64,000 bases of DNA, from NCBI GenBank assembly GCA_038904515.1, contig JBCKKA010000002.1, positions 1,215 to 65,214 of the forward strand. Reading direction: 5' to 3'. Source of the DNA: Acidimicrobiia bacterium (GTDB taxonomy: Bacteria; Actinomycetota; Acidimicrobiia; IMCC26256; PALSA-555). Under the pieces are notes generated by a model. The model was not told where the DNA came from. It ran no database searches and saw nothing but the letters and a program-made list of their open reading frames with translations. A program made the position numbers and the translations under genes. Shown piece by piece: positions 37,157 to 45,868 of the stretch. Numbering within the stretch: the stretch's first letter is position 1; each line of letters begins with the position of its first letter.

Positions 37157-38347
37157 CTAGCGGGTGCGAGCCGGTTCTTTAGGTAATCCCAGCACTCGTT
37201 CGCTAAGGATGTTGCGTTGAATCTCGTTAGTACCAGCCCAGATGGAAGATGCTTGGTAATAAAGCCAAGATCGTTGCCAAGTACCACCGCCGGGGTTTTC
37301 GTCGGCCCCGATCCAAAGTGGCGCCGCGGGTCCGAGCACGGCCATAACGGTGTCGTGCATTCGCTTACTCATTTCACTCCAGTAAAGCTTGAGCGCACTA
37401 CCTTCGGGGCCCGGTGCTTCACCTTTGGCTAAACGCGACAGCGTGCGCCAGTTATGAAGTTGAAATAGTCGCACTTCGACCGCGGCTTGAGCCAGACGAG
37501 GACGCAGCCGGGGATCGTCGAACGCACCGTTTTCAACCGCCATCTTTAGCAATTCTTCAATCAATTGAATATGAATTACTAGTTGACGAGGATTTATTCC
37601 CCGCTCGTGGGTGAGAGTGGAGTTGGCTACCCGCCAGCCTTCGTTAACCGGACCAATACGCTGTGCATCAGGAATAACTACATCGTTAAAAAATACTTCG
37701 TTAAATTCTCGTTCGTCAGTAATTTGGTGCAGCGGACGCACCTCGACTCCAGGCGCGTGCATGTCGACTGCGAAGGTAGTAATGCTTTTATGTTTAGGAC
37801 CGTCCTTATCAGTACGGGCTAGACACAGTCCCCAGTCGGCGAATTGTGCGTAAGAGGTCCAGACTTTTTGGCCGTTAAGGATCCAGTCGCTTCCATAAGG
37901 TTCGGCGCTAGTGCTAATAGCCGCGAGGTCGCTACCAGCACCCGGTTCACTAAACAGTTGGCACCAAAGATGGTCGGCGGGAGGGATCATCGGCAGCCAC
38001 CGTTGCTTTTGTTCATCGGTGCCATGAGCTAACAGAGTGGGGCCGACGAGGTTGATTCCGATCCGGCCGACGAGTTCGGGCGCGCGTGCTCGCGCCAATT
38101 CTTCAGTGACGATGAAATGCTCAACCGGGCCCGCACCGCGTCCGCCGTATTCGACTGGCCACGGCACTCCCACCCAACGTCCTTGGGCTAATTGCGATTG
38201 CCAGTTTCGCCCGAAAGCAACTTCTTCTTCGAGAGTCTCAAAGCGGGGCGGCAGTCCGCTACCGTATTCCCACGGCAAGTTTTCTTGCAGCCAAGCGCGA
38301 ACTTCACTACGAAGTTCGGCTTCAATCGATGACGGCGCCAGATCCAC
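37157..38347 (-). CDS. acyl-CoA dehydrogenase (about 397 aa; start inferred at GTG 38347)
   Basis: CQLFSEPGAGSD and the C-terminal IWAGTNEIQRNILSERVLGLP. The track ORF (to 38428) would overlap the gltA 3' end, and the N-terminal alignment with paralogue 29272 favours the shorter form. Confidence 0.8.
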   Translation of the reverse strand: MDLAPSSIEAELRSEVRAWLQENLPWEYGSGLPPRFETLEEEVAFGRNWQSQLAQGRWVGVPWPVEYGGRGAGPVEHFIVTEELARARAPELVGRIGINLVGPTLLAHGTDEQKQRWLPMIPPADHLWCQLFSEPGAGSDLAAISTSAEPYGSDWILNGQKVWTSYAQFADWGLCLARTDKDGPKHKSITTFAVDMHAPGVEVRPLHQITDEREFNEVFFNDVVIPDAQRIGPVNEGWRVANSTLTHERGINPRQLVIHIQLIEELLKMAVENGAFDDPRLRPRLAQAAVEVRLFQLHNWRTLSRLAKGEAPGPEGSALKLYWSEMSKRMHDTVMAVLGPAAPLWIGADENPGGGTWQRSWLYYQASSIWAGTNEIQRNILSERVLGLPKEPARTR

Positions 38348-38357
38348 GGCGCGAATC

Positions 38358-39668
38358 TTAGAGGCGTTGGTCGATGGAAATGTATTTACGTTCGGTCTCA
38401 CCAATGTAAATCTGGCGCGGCCGACCAATTTTGGTGCGAGGGTTTTCCATCATTTCTTTCCAGTGGGCGATCCAGCCCGGTAAGCGACCCATCGCAAACA
38501 GCACGGTGAACATATTGGTAGGGAACCCCATGGCTCGATATATGAATCCCGAATAAAAGTCGACATTGGGGTAGAGGCGATTTTCAATGAAGTAATCGTC
38601 GGCGAGAGCAATTTCTTCTAGTTCTTTGGCCATGTCAAGTAATGGATCGTTGCGGTTCATGTCGGCCATTACGTCTTCAGCAACTTTCTTAAGAATCAAT
38701 GCTCGTGGGTCGTAATTTTTATAGACCCGATGCCCAAATCCGGACAGGAGAAAATCGTTATTTTTATCTTTGGCCATCTTTACATAGCGAGCCAAGTCGC
38801 CACCCTCGGCTTGTATTTTTTCTAGCATTTCGATCACGGCTTGGTTAGCACCACCGTGCAGCGGGCCCCAAAGTGCGTTGATGCCGGCCGCAACCGACGC
38901 AAACAAGTTGGCATCACTCGAACCTGCAAGCCGCACAGTTGAGGTTGAACAGTTTTGTTCGTGGTCGGCGTGCAAAATTAGCAGGACTTTCATAGCGTGC
39001 ACCATGGTCGGCGTGGCTACATAATTTTCGGAAGGAACCGCGAACATCATAGTGAGGAAGTTCTCGATGAGATCGAGGCTGTTGTCGGGGTAAAGAAGGG
39101 GTTGGCCGATTGAACGTTTGTACGCGTAGGCGGCAATGGTGGGCAGTTTGGCCATCAAACGAATCATGGCCAATTCGAATTGCTCGGGGTCGTGGGGGTT
39201 GTTCGAGTCGGGGTAAAAAGTCGATAGGGCGCTTACGACCGAAGCCAGCACTCCCATGGGGTGAGCATCCTTGGGGAAGGCATCGAAAAAACGCCGAGCA
39301 TCTTCGTGCAAAAGTGTGTGTTTGCGAATGGCATAGCGGTAATCGTCAAGTTCGATTTGGGTAGGAAGGTTTCCGTTAATGAGAAGAAATGAGGTTTCTA
39401 AAAATGAGGGCTGGTGCCCAGAAACCAATTCTTCAATAGGAATCCCTCGATAACGCAGAATGCCTTTTTCACCATCAATGAAAGTAATGGCCGATTCGCA
39501 CGATCCAGTATTTGCAAATCCGTAGTCGAGAGTTATCAGGCCACTTTGCGACCGGAGTTCGGCAATATCGACGGCTTCTTCATTTTCAGTGCCCCGCACG
39601 ATCGGGAGTTGGATCTCGCGGTCGCCAAAGCGCAGCGTAGCGGTTTCGTTTTCTGCACTCTTCGCCAT
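38358..39668 (-). CDS. gltA: citrate synthase (type II, about 436 aa)
   Basis: TFIDGEKGILRYRGIPIEEL, HADHEQNCSTST and GFGHRVYKNYDPRA signatures. Confidence 0.9.
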   Translation of the reverse strand: MAKSAENETATLRFGDREIQLPIVRGTENEEAVDIAELRSQSGLITLDYGFANTGSCESAITFIDGEKGILRYRGIPIEELVSGHQPSFLETSFLLINGNLPTQIELDDYRYAIRKHTLLHEDARRFFDAFPKDAHPMGVLASVVSALSTFYPDSNNPHDPEQFELAMIRLMAKLPTIAAYAYKRSIGQPLLYPDNSLDLIENFLTMMFAVPSENYVATPTMVHAMKVLLILHADHEQNCSTSTVRLAGSSDANLFASVAAGINALWGPLHGGANQAVIEMLEKIQAEGGDLARYVKMAKDKNNDFLLSGFGHRVYKNYDPRALILKKVAEDVMADMNRNDPLLDMAKELEEIALADDYFIENRLYPNVDFYSGFIYRAMGFPTNMFTVLFAMGRLPGWIAHWKEMMENPRTKIGRPRQIYIGETERKYISIDQRL

Positions 39669-39749
39669 TACTCGATGGTCTCCTTAATCGCCTTGAGTGT
39701 ATCACGAGCCCATTATTGGCAGCCAGTCATCGGATACGATTACTCGGAA

Positions 39750-40853
39750 ATGGACTTCGAACTAAGTGACGATCAGATTGCCTTGCGAGACGGAGCACGC
39801 GAACTTCTCGATGCAGTCGCTTCTCCCGCGGCGGTGCGGAAAAGTTTTGATGGCGCGGGAGGAACCGACGCGGCGCTTTGGCGAGCGATGGTTGACCAAG
39901 GTTGGCCGGCTTTAGCTCAACCGGAATCGAACGGCGGTCTGGGGTTAGGCGTAGTTGAAGTTGCGGTAATGCTCGAAGAGATTGGCCGACACGCAGCCCC
40001 CGCTCCGTTCGCGTCGACCGTACTGGTACTCGCGGCGTTAGAACTGATCGATCAATCCGAGTTTCCGTTCGTTGCGGAAATGACTACTTCATTGATTGCG
40101 GGAGAGTCCTCGGCTTGCGTAGCTTGGAGTCGCAACCCTGATGCGGTGCGGGCAACCCCTGAGGCCAAGGGGTGGGTTCTAACTGGTCGTCCCGACCCGA
40201 TCCTTGATGCACCCGGTGCAAGTTTTGCTCTAGTGGTGGCGACCACACCTGATGGGCGGGGCCTGTTCGGAGTAAATCTTGCGGTCGACGAAATTAAGGC
40301 CGAACCAGTTATGGACCGCACTCGATCTTTAGGTTGGTTACATCTCGACGCAACTCCCGCGTGGAGGGTTGGTGGCGAAGACGCGGTGATTCGTTTGATA
40401 AATATGGGCGCAGTATTTTCGAGCGCAGAAATGCTTGGTGGCGCTACTCGAGTTTTAGACATGGCGGTGGAGTACGCCAAAGATCGAATTCAGTTTGGCC
40501 GACCAATCGGAAGTTTTCAGGCAATCAAACACCGTTGCGCCGACATGTTGGTGGATGTTGAAGGAATGCGCTCTAGCACTTACTGGGCTGCGTGGTGCCT
40601 CTCCGCCGCCGATCCCGAATCATCAGTAGCCGCGTCGACCGCGAAAATATGGGGTGCCGACGCCTCGAAACGAGTCATGGCGTCCGCGCTGCAAGTGCAC
40701 GGTGGTATTGGCTTTACTTGGGAGCACGACTTGCACTTCTTTATGAAGCGAGCCCAAGTTGACCAACTGGCCTTTGGCGATGCTTCTTACCACCGCGAAC
40801 GCCTCGCGAAACTATTACGCGCTCGGGTAGAAAGTGGCGCTCAACTTATTTAG
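39750..40853 (+). CDS. acyl-CoA dehydrogenase family protein (367 aa, lacks the canonical C-terminal Glu motif)
   Basis: Starts MDFELSDDQIALRDGA, a paralogue of 30729. The C-terminus reads AFGDASYHRERLA instead of G-T/S-x-E-I-Q. Contains SSAEMLGGA. The track ORF from 39414 runs antisense through gltA and is trimmed. Confidence 0.8.
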   Translation: MDFELSDDQIALRDGARELLDAVASPAAVRKSFDGAGGTDAALWRAMVDQGWPALAQPESNGGLGLGVVEVAVMLEEIGRHAAPAPFASTVLVLAALELIDQSEFPFVAEMTTSLIAGESSACVAWSRNPDAVRATPEAKGWVLTGRPDPILDAPGASFALVVATTPDGRGLFGVNLAVDEIKAEPVMDRTRSLGWLHLDATPAWRVGGEDAVIRLINMGAVFSSAEMLGGATRVLDMAVEYAKDRIQFGRPIGSFQAIKHRCADMLVDVEGMRSSTYWAAWCLSAADPESSVAASTAKIWGADASKRVMASALQVHGGIGFTWEHDLHFFMKRAQVDQLAFGDASYHRERLAKLLRARVESGAQLI

Positions 40854-40859
40854 CGACAA

Positions 40860-42395
40860 CTACAAGTGCGTTAGTGCTGCCGCGCGATTTCGCAGTTCTT
40901 CTCGATCCGGCTTACCGGCCGCTAATAACGGAAACTCGTCAACTCGCACCACTCGTTCAGGAGTAGTAAATCGAGTGGCACCTGATTTTACAAACCAATC
41001 GCGACAGGCATCAAGATCGAACGGCTGGTCAGCGATCACAAACGCGCAGACCCGTTCTCCTAATCGTTGGTCGGGCTCACCAACCACCACCGCGTGTTTA
41101 ACCGCCGGATGCAACTCAAGTATCCGCTCAACTTCACCGGCAGATATATTTTCACCGCCCCGAATAATTACGTCTTTTATGCGACCCGAGATGGTGAGCC
41201 AACCTTCGTCGTCTATTTGCGCGAGATCTCCAGTGCGGAACCAACCCCGCGCGATACTCGCTTTGGTGAGTTCAGCATCGGAGTAACCGGCAAAAAGTTC
41301 GGGCCCGCGTATGAGCAATTCGCCAATCGCACCCGCCTCCTGCTGGCGACCCGTTACGGGATCAGTAATCTTCAATTCCGCCGCGCCCACCACTCGCCCG
41401 TCGGTATTTGCCGATCGGTCGAAGTCGTCGGTAGATCTACTGGTGGTCACAGTAGGGGCTTCCGTAGAGCCGTAGGTACGCTTCACTTCACAATTGAGCT
41501 GTTGACGAGCTTCGACAACAAAGGCAGGGGTAATGCCCGCGCCACCGCATGAAACTAACCGCAGGCTCGCAACCCGTTTAGTGGTGAACTTTTTGGCCGC
41601 CATCAACTCTAGGAAAAAAGTTGGTGGTCCAATCATAAAAGAAACATTTTCAGTTTCTATTCGATCAAGGGCAACTTCGGGGTCCCACGCACCCATGATT
41701 CCCGACTGCATACCTACTGTTCCAGGAATTAGCACGGCGTTAAGCAACCCAGAAATGTGCGCGAGTGGTGCCGGCATGAGCACGACATCGCGTGGTTCTA
41801 AGTCGTGTGCTCTAGCCATGGTTATGGCTTTGGTGGCGAGACCGCGTTGAGTATGCAGGGCCGCCTTGGGCAATCCGGTCGAGCCCGAAGTAAATAAAGC
41901 CACCGCAATATCCGCACCTTGCGCCTTTGATTTGGTTATTGGCTGTCCGGAGTTAAGCAGAGCGTCGAAACGCGCGTTAGGCCCGCGCACATCTTCCTTG
42001 GCTAAAAACAAACGGGGCGATAGCGTTGCCAACGCGTGATCAACGTGAGCGGTGCCGGCCTGATGATGAATGGGTCCGGCGATGGCGCCTAATCGCCAAC
42101 AGGCTCGGTACAGAACAATTAACTCCCACGAGTTGGGCGACTGCCAGGCCACTACATCGCCGCGCCGAACGCCGACTTCGTTTAAGCCGCCCGCTAACGC
42201 GGCAACCATTGTTTCGAGTTGATCCGCGTTAAGGCTGACACCCGCGTCAGGTTCAAGTACGAGCGGACCTGTTGATTTTGTTTGTCCAGATCGGAAGAGC
42301 GCGTCGAGAGTGGGTACATCCCATGCTCCACCCGCGGCGCGGTAATTAGCCGATCCGGGGTGGGAGTAGGTGGCGGAGAGTCGGCGATTAACCAA
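40860..42395 (-). CDS. AMP-dependent acyl-CoA synthetase/ligase
   Basis: AMP-binding motif LFTSGSTGLPKAAL, then YGSTE, then WFRTGDLAQIDDEGWLTISGRIKD. Confidence 0.85.
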   Translation of the reverse strand: MVNRRLSATYSHPGSANYRAAGGAWDVPTLDALFRSGQTKSTGPLVLEPDAGVSLNADQLETMVAALAGGLNEVGVRRGDVVAWQSPNSWELIVLYRACWRLGAIAGPIHHQAGTAHVDHALATLSPRLFLAKEDVRGPNARFDALLNSGQPITKSKAQGADIAVALFTSGSTGLPKAALHTQRGLATKAITMARAHDLEPRDVVLMPAPLAHISGLLNAVLIPGTVGMQSGIMGAWDPEVALDRIETENVSFMIGPPTFFLELMAAKKFTTKRVASLRLVSCGGAGITPAFVVEARQQLNCEVKRTYGSTEAPTVTTSRSTDDFDRSANTDGRVVGAAELKITDPVTGRQQEAGAIGELLIRGPELFAGYSDAELTKASIARGWFRTGDLAQIDDEGWLTISGRIKDVIIRGGENISAGEVERILELHPAVKHAVVVGEPDQRLGERVCAFVIADQPFDLDACRDWFVKSGATRFTTPERVVRVDEFPLLAAGKPDREELRNRAAALTHL

Positions 42396-42421
42396 AGGAT
42401 TGCTAATTGATTTAGACGGAG

Positions 42422-43627
42422 TTACTCGGGGCTCGAGTTACGCCAACCAGCACTGGCGGGCGCGGCACCCCGCAGAACTTGCGAGCCAATAAAGTTGCGT
42501 TGGATTTCAACCGTTCCTGCGCCTATACACAACCCACGAATATCCCGATAGACCCGCTCCACGGGGTATTCACGCGAATATCCGTACCCACCGAGAAGTT
42601 GGATCGATTCATCGCAGACAAACTTGGCCGCGAGATTAGCGGCTGCTTTAGCCATTGCGGTTTCGAGCGCCGGAGGAGTTCCGTGGGGGCCGGCTAAATG
42701 AACCGCGCGCAGCATAAGCAATCGAGCGCCTTCCAGTCGGGTTGCCATATCAGCAACTTTCCATTGCAGACCTTGCAATTCGGCGATGGGCTTACCGCCA
42801 ATTGTTCTTTCGTTCATGTAATTAACTGCATACTCCAATGCTCCTTGCGCCGCGCCCACGCACATAGCCGCGTTTCCACAACGCTCGTGGTTGATATGAG
42901 TGATAAGAGTCTTGAAAGTGTCGCTAGTAGCTACATCACCAACACTAAGAATATCTTCGGGTTCGATGCGCACGTCATCAAAAGCAAGTTCGGCTTCACT
43001 AGTGCCGCGCAGCCCCATTTTCACATGAGTACCGGCCACGGTAACGCCGTCTGATTTGAGATCGACTAGCACCGCGCCAATACCTTTGGCCCCTTCACTG
43101 CCAGGAAAACGACACCACACTAAACAAACTCGAGCGCGATGGCCACCGGTTACATAATTTTTGTAACCGTTAAGTCGGTAACCATCGCCATCTGAAGTAA
43201 GACGGGCCCGCATTTGGGTTACCGCCGAACCGGCTTCGGTTTCGCTAATGCCAATGCAAAACAACGCTTCACCCGACGCGGCCATTGGCAGCCACCGTTC
43301 TTTCATAGCTTCCGAACCGAGGTGCTGAATCGCCCGCGGGGGACCGTTAAAAGTCAGTTGCGCGAGAATGGCGCTGGATACATCGGCGCGGGCGAGTTCT
43401 TCCAATACGATTGCGGCCTCAATATCGCCAAATCCGTGCCCACCGTATTTTTCATCGACGGTGATTCCGAACAAACCGGCTTGGCGTATTGCCTCCCACG
43501 ACGCTTCCGGAAATTCTTCCGTTTCGTCCCAATGACGAGCTTTTGGAGCGAGATCGCGCGCCGCCACTTCGCGGGCCAAGGTTCGGAGCGCTTGCTGATC
43601 TTCGGTCTCGGCAAAAGGATTGTTCAC
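42422..43627 (-). CDS. acyl-CoA dehydrogenase (start inferred at GTG 43627; GTG 43678 possible)
   Basis: N-terminus NPFAETEDQQALRTLAREVA typical of ACADs. C-terminal IGAGTVEIQRNFIG. The track ORF to 43951 reads through the 12/13-bp array (WLHYWLHCWLH...) and is rejected. Confidence 0.8.
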   Translation of the reverse strand: MNNPFAETEDQQALRTLAREVAARDLAPKARHWDETEEFPEASWEAIRQAGLFGITVDEKYGGHGFGDIEAAIVLEELARADVSSAILAQLTFNGPPRAIQHLGSEAMKERWLPMAASGEALFCIGISETEAGSAVTQMRARLTSDGDGYRLNGYKNYVTGGHRARVCLVWCRFPGSEGAKGIGAVLVDLKSDGVTVAGTHVKMGLRGTSEAELAFDDVRIEPEDILSVGDVATSDTFKTLITHINHERCGNAAMCVGAAQGALEYAVNYMNERTIGGKPIAELQGLQWKVADMATRLEGARLLMLRAVHLAGPHGTPPALETAMAKAAANLAAKFVCDESIQLLGGYGYSREYPVERVYRDIRGLCIGAGTVEIQRNFIGSQVLRGAAPASAGWRNSSPE

Positions 43628-43680
43628 GTCCCGCAGCGTAGTGGCGCACGCGGTAGTGGGTGAACGGGCTAGTCTCACGC

Positions 43681-43778
43681 CAGTAAATCCAGCAGTAAAT
43701 CCAGCCAGTAAAGCCAGCCAGTGAAGCCAGCAGTGAAGCCAGCAGTGAAGCCAGTAGTGAAGCCAGTAGCAAAGAAGG
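43681..43778. repeat. 12/13-bp tandem array, about 8 copies (CAGTGAAGCCAG and variants)
   Basis: CAGTAAATCCAG x2 (the second followed by an extra C), CAGTAAAGCCAG (+C), CAGTGAAGCCAG x3, TAGTGAAGCCAG, then the degenerate TAGCAAAGAAGG that provides the SD for the P450 ATG at 43790. Confidence 0.95.
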
Positions 43779-43789
43779 TGGGCAACATT

Positions 43790-45043
43790 ATGACTATCGA
43801 CACCCCGTCCGGTCAGTCGGCGTCGGCGACCGTGGATAATAGCGATGAGGGATTTAAATATAAGGAAGTCGATTTCTTTACCGGTCAGCCCTATGCCCAG
43901 TGGGAACAGGCGCGGCGGGAGTGTCCAGTTATAGGAAGTAACCCCGACCAAGAGTCGGGCTCAATGCTTAGTAGCCCGGATCGACGAGCCTTTCAGATAA
44001 CGCGTTGGGACGATGTTGAACACATCTTGCGTGCGGGTGAAGTGTTTTCTTCTTCTATTAACGCCGAGCACATCGGCCAGTTCATGGGCGAACTAATTCT
44101 CGCAATGGATGGTCAAGAACACCGGTCGTATCGCAATCTGGTTTCTCACGCATTTCGAGCATCGCAGTTAGAAAAATGGCGAGAGACTGCCATCGCGCCC
44201 GCAATCGATACGTGTCTTGATGAGATTGCCCCGCTTGGTCAAGCCGATCTTGTGCGCGACGTCACCAGTCGTTATCCAGTAAGAGTTATCTGCGCAATTG
44301 TTGGAGTACCCATTGAAGACAGCGCTCAGTTCCACGGCTGGGCGGAAAAAATCAATACCGGCCCGCTCAATCCCGAAGCCGGCATGGAAGCCTCGCGCGC
44401 GATGCGGGCTTACCTAGAGCCGCTAGTGGAGGCGCGGCGAATTGAAGCTCAGGACGATCTGCTGAGCGATCTAGTTAGTGCAGAAATCGACGGCGCGCGT
44501 CTAAGCGACGAAAAAATTTACGGTTTCCTTCGATTGCTACTTCCCGCCGGCGCCGAAACCACATTTCGGGTTATGGGAAACGCGCTTACAGCCTTATTGA
44601 CGATGCCCGAAGTAATGGCAAAGGTGAATGCCAATCGTGCTTTGCTGCCCGCGCTTATTGAAGAGACTCTGCGGTGGGAAACTTCGGTCACTCAGGTATC
44701 GCGCGTGGCTAAAGTCGATACTGAAGTAGCCGGTTGTCCAATTCCTAAGGGTTCCGCGCTAAGTGTTCTCACCGGGTCAGCCAATCACGACGCGTCTCGG
44801 TATGAAAATTCCGAGGACTTCGATCTCGACCGGCCCGCGCAAAACCACATGGCGTTTGGTACCGGTCAACACCAATGCTTGGGAATGCACTTAGCCCGAC
44901 TCGAACTCAGCGTAGGACTCAACGCAATTCTCGACCGCTTGCCTAACTTGCGTCTCGATCCCGATCAACCCGCACCAATTATCGAAGGGCTCGCGTTCCG
45001 CGGACCGCGCGCTTTGCCGGTGCTCTTTGATGCTACGAATTAA
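43790..45043 (+). CDS. cytochrome P450
   Basis: I-helix AGAETT, ETLRW (ExxR) and heme-thiolate loop FGTGQHQCLGMHLA. ATG 43790 is preceded by GAAGGTGG. The track start 43721 lies inside the repeat. Confidence 0.9.
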   Translation: MTIDTPSGQSASATVDNSDEGFKYKEVDFFTGQPYAQWEQARRECPVIGSNPDQESGSMLSSPDRRAFQITRWDDVEHILRAGEVFSSSINAEHIGQFMGELILAMDGQEHRSYRNLVSHAFRASQLEKWRETAIAPAIDTCLDEIAPLGQADLVRDVTSRYPVRVICAIVGVPIEDSAQFHGWAEKINTGPLNPEAGMEASRAMRAYLEPLVEARRIEAQDDLLSDLVSAEIDGARLSDEKIYGFLRLLLPAGAETTFRVMGNALTALLTMPEVMAKVNANRALLPALIEETLRWETSVTQVSRVAKVDTEVAGCPIPKGSALSVLTGSANHDASRYENSEDFDLDRPAQNHMAFGTGQHQCLGMHLARLELSVGLNAILDRLPNLRLDPDQPAPIIEGLAFRGPRALPVLFDATN

Positions 45044-45061
45044 AACTCGTTAATAACTTAT

Positions 45062-45787
45062 TTAGAGTCCCGCGCCCATCATTGATCGCCACTGTTCAAG
45101 ATTGGGTATTCGAAAAACGTAGTTATGCGCGCGGGTAGCGCCCATAGTTGCTGACGGTTCGGCCGAGTAGAGATGGCCCGGATACAAAACTGCCGAGTCG
45201 GGAACACGCGCGAGTCGCTGAGTCAGACTTTCGTACATCTCGTCGGGATTGGCACTGGGTAAGTCGGTGCGACCACAGCCATCAAGAAAAAGAGTGTCGC
45301 CGGCAACTAGACAATCGTTAACTAAAAAACATTGGCTACCAGGGGTATGGCCGGGCGTATGGATAAGGGTGACGGGAATATCGCCAACCATCACTTTGTC
45401 GCCACTGTCGTGAACGACCAGATCGGATTCGGATACACCGGTAGTGCGGGTCACCCACTCCACTTCGGCTCGCTGCACATGCACTGGTGCCGCTATTGAA
45501 GTCATGCCGGCCAGTTCGCGAATTCCGTCAATGGGATAGCCCATGAGGTCGCCGCCTATATGGTCGGGATGCCAGTGAGTAGCGAGTACGCCAGTGAGGC
45601 GCAAGCCTTCGTTATCGATTATCTCCACCAATTCCTGTACGCCGTAAGCAGGATCAACTAACAGCGCTTCGCCGGTTTCGCGGTCACCGATTATGTAGAC
45701 AAAATTGACCATCTGCTGAGCCACCGGGTTATCGATCGCGAAATCTCTTCCCGAAAGCAACTGGCGAAAGTAGAAGCGGTCGTTCAC
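45062..45787 (-). CDS. MBL-fold metallo-hydrolase (glyoxalase II-like)
   Basis: THWHPDHIGG (HxHxDH), then later HTPGHTPGS and GHLY. Confidence 0.8.
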   Translation of the reverse strand: MNDRFYFRQLLSGRDFAIDNPVAQQMVNFVYIIGDRETGEALLVDPAYGVQELVEIIDNEGLRLTGVLATHWHPDHIGGDLMGYPIDGIRELAGMTSIAAPVHVQRAEVEWVTRTTGVSESDLVVHDSGDKVMVGDIPVTLIHTPGHTPGSQCFLVNDCLVAGDTLFLDGCGRTDLPSANPDEMYESLTQRLARVPDSAVLYPGHLYSAEPSATMGATRAHNYVFRIPNLEQWRSMMGAGL

Positions 45788-45868
45788 TGAAATAGCCCTT
45801 CGGTAGATTTAGTCTTGGTCAGCATTTTAAGCGGTGGTAACGCGTGAGCGGTACCGTATCCTTTGGTC

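Noticed and set aside
43628-43951. N-terminal extension of the ACAD ORF (42422..43951) containing WLHYWLHCWLHCWLH.
   Set aside because: The extension is the reverse-complement reading of the 12/13-bp array and overlaps the P450 start. ACAD homology begins at about GTG 43627.
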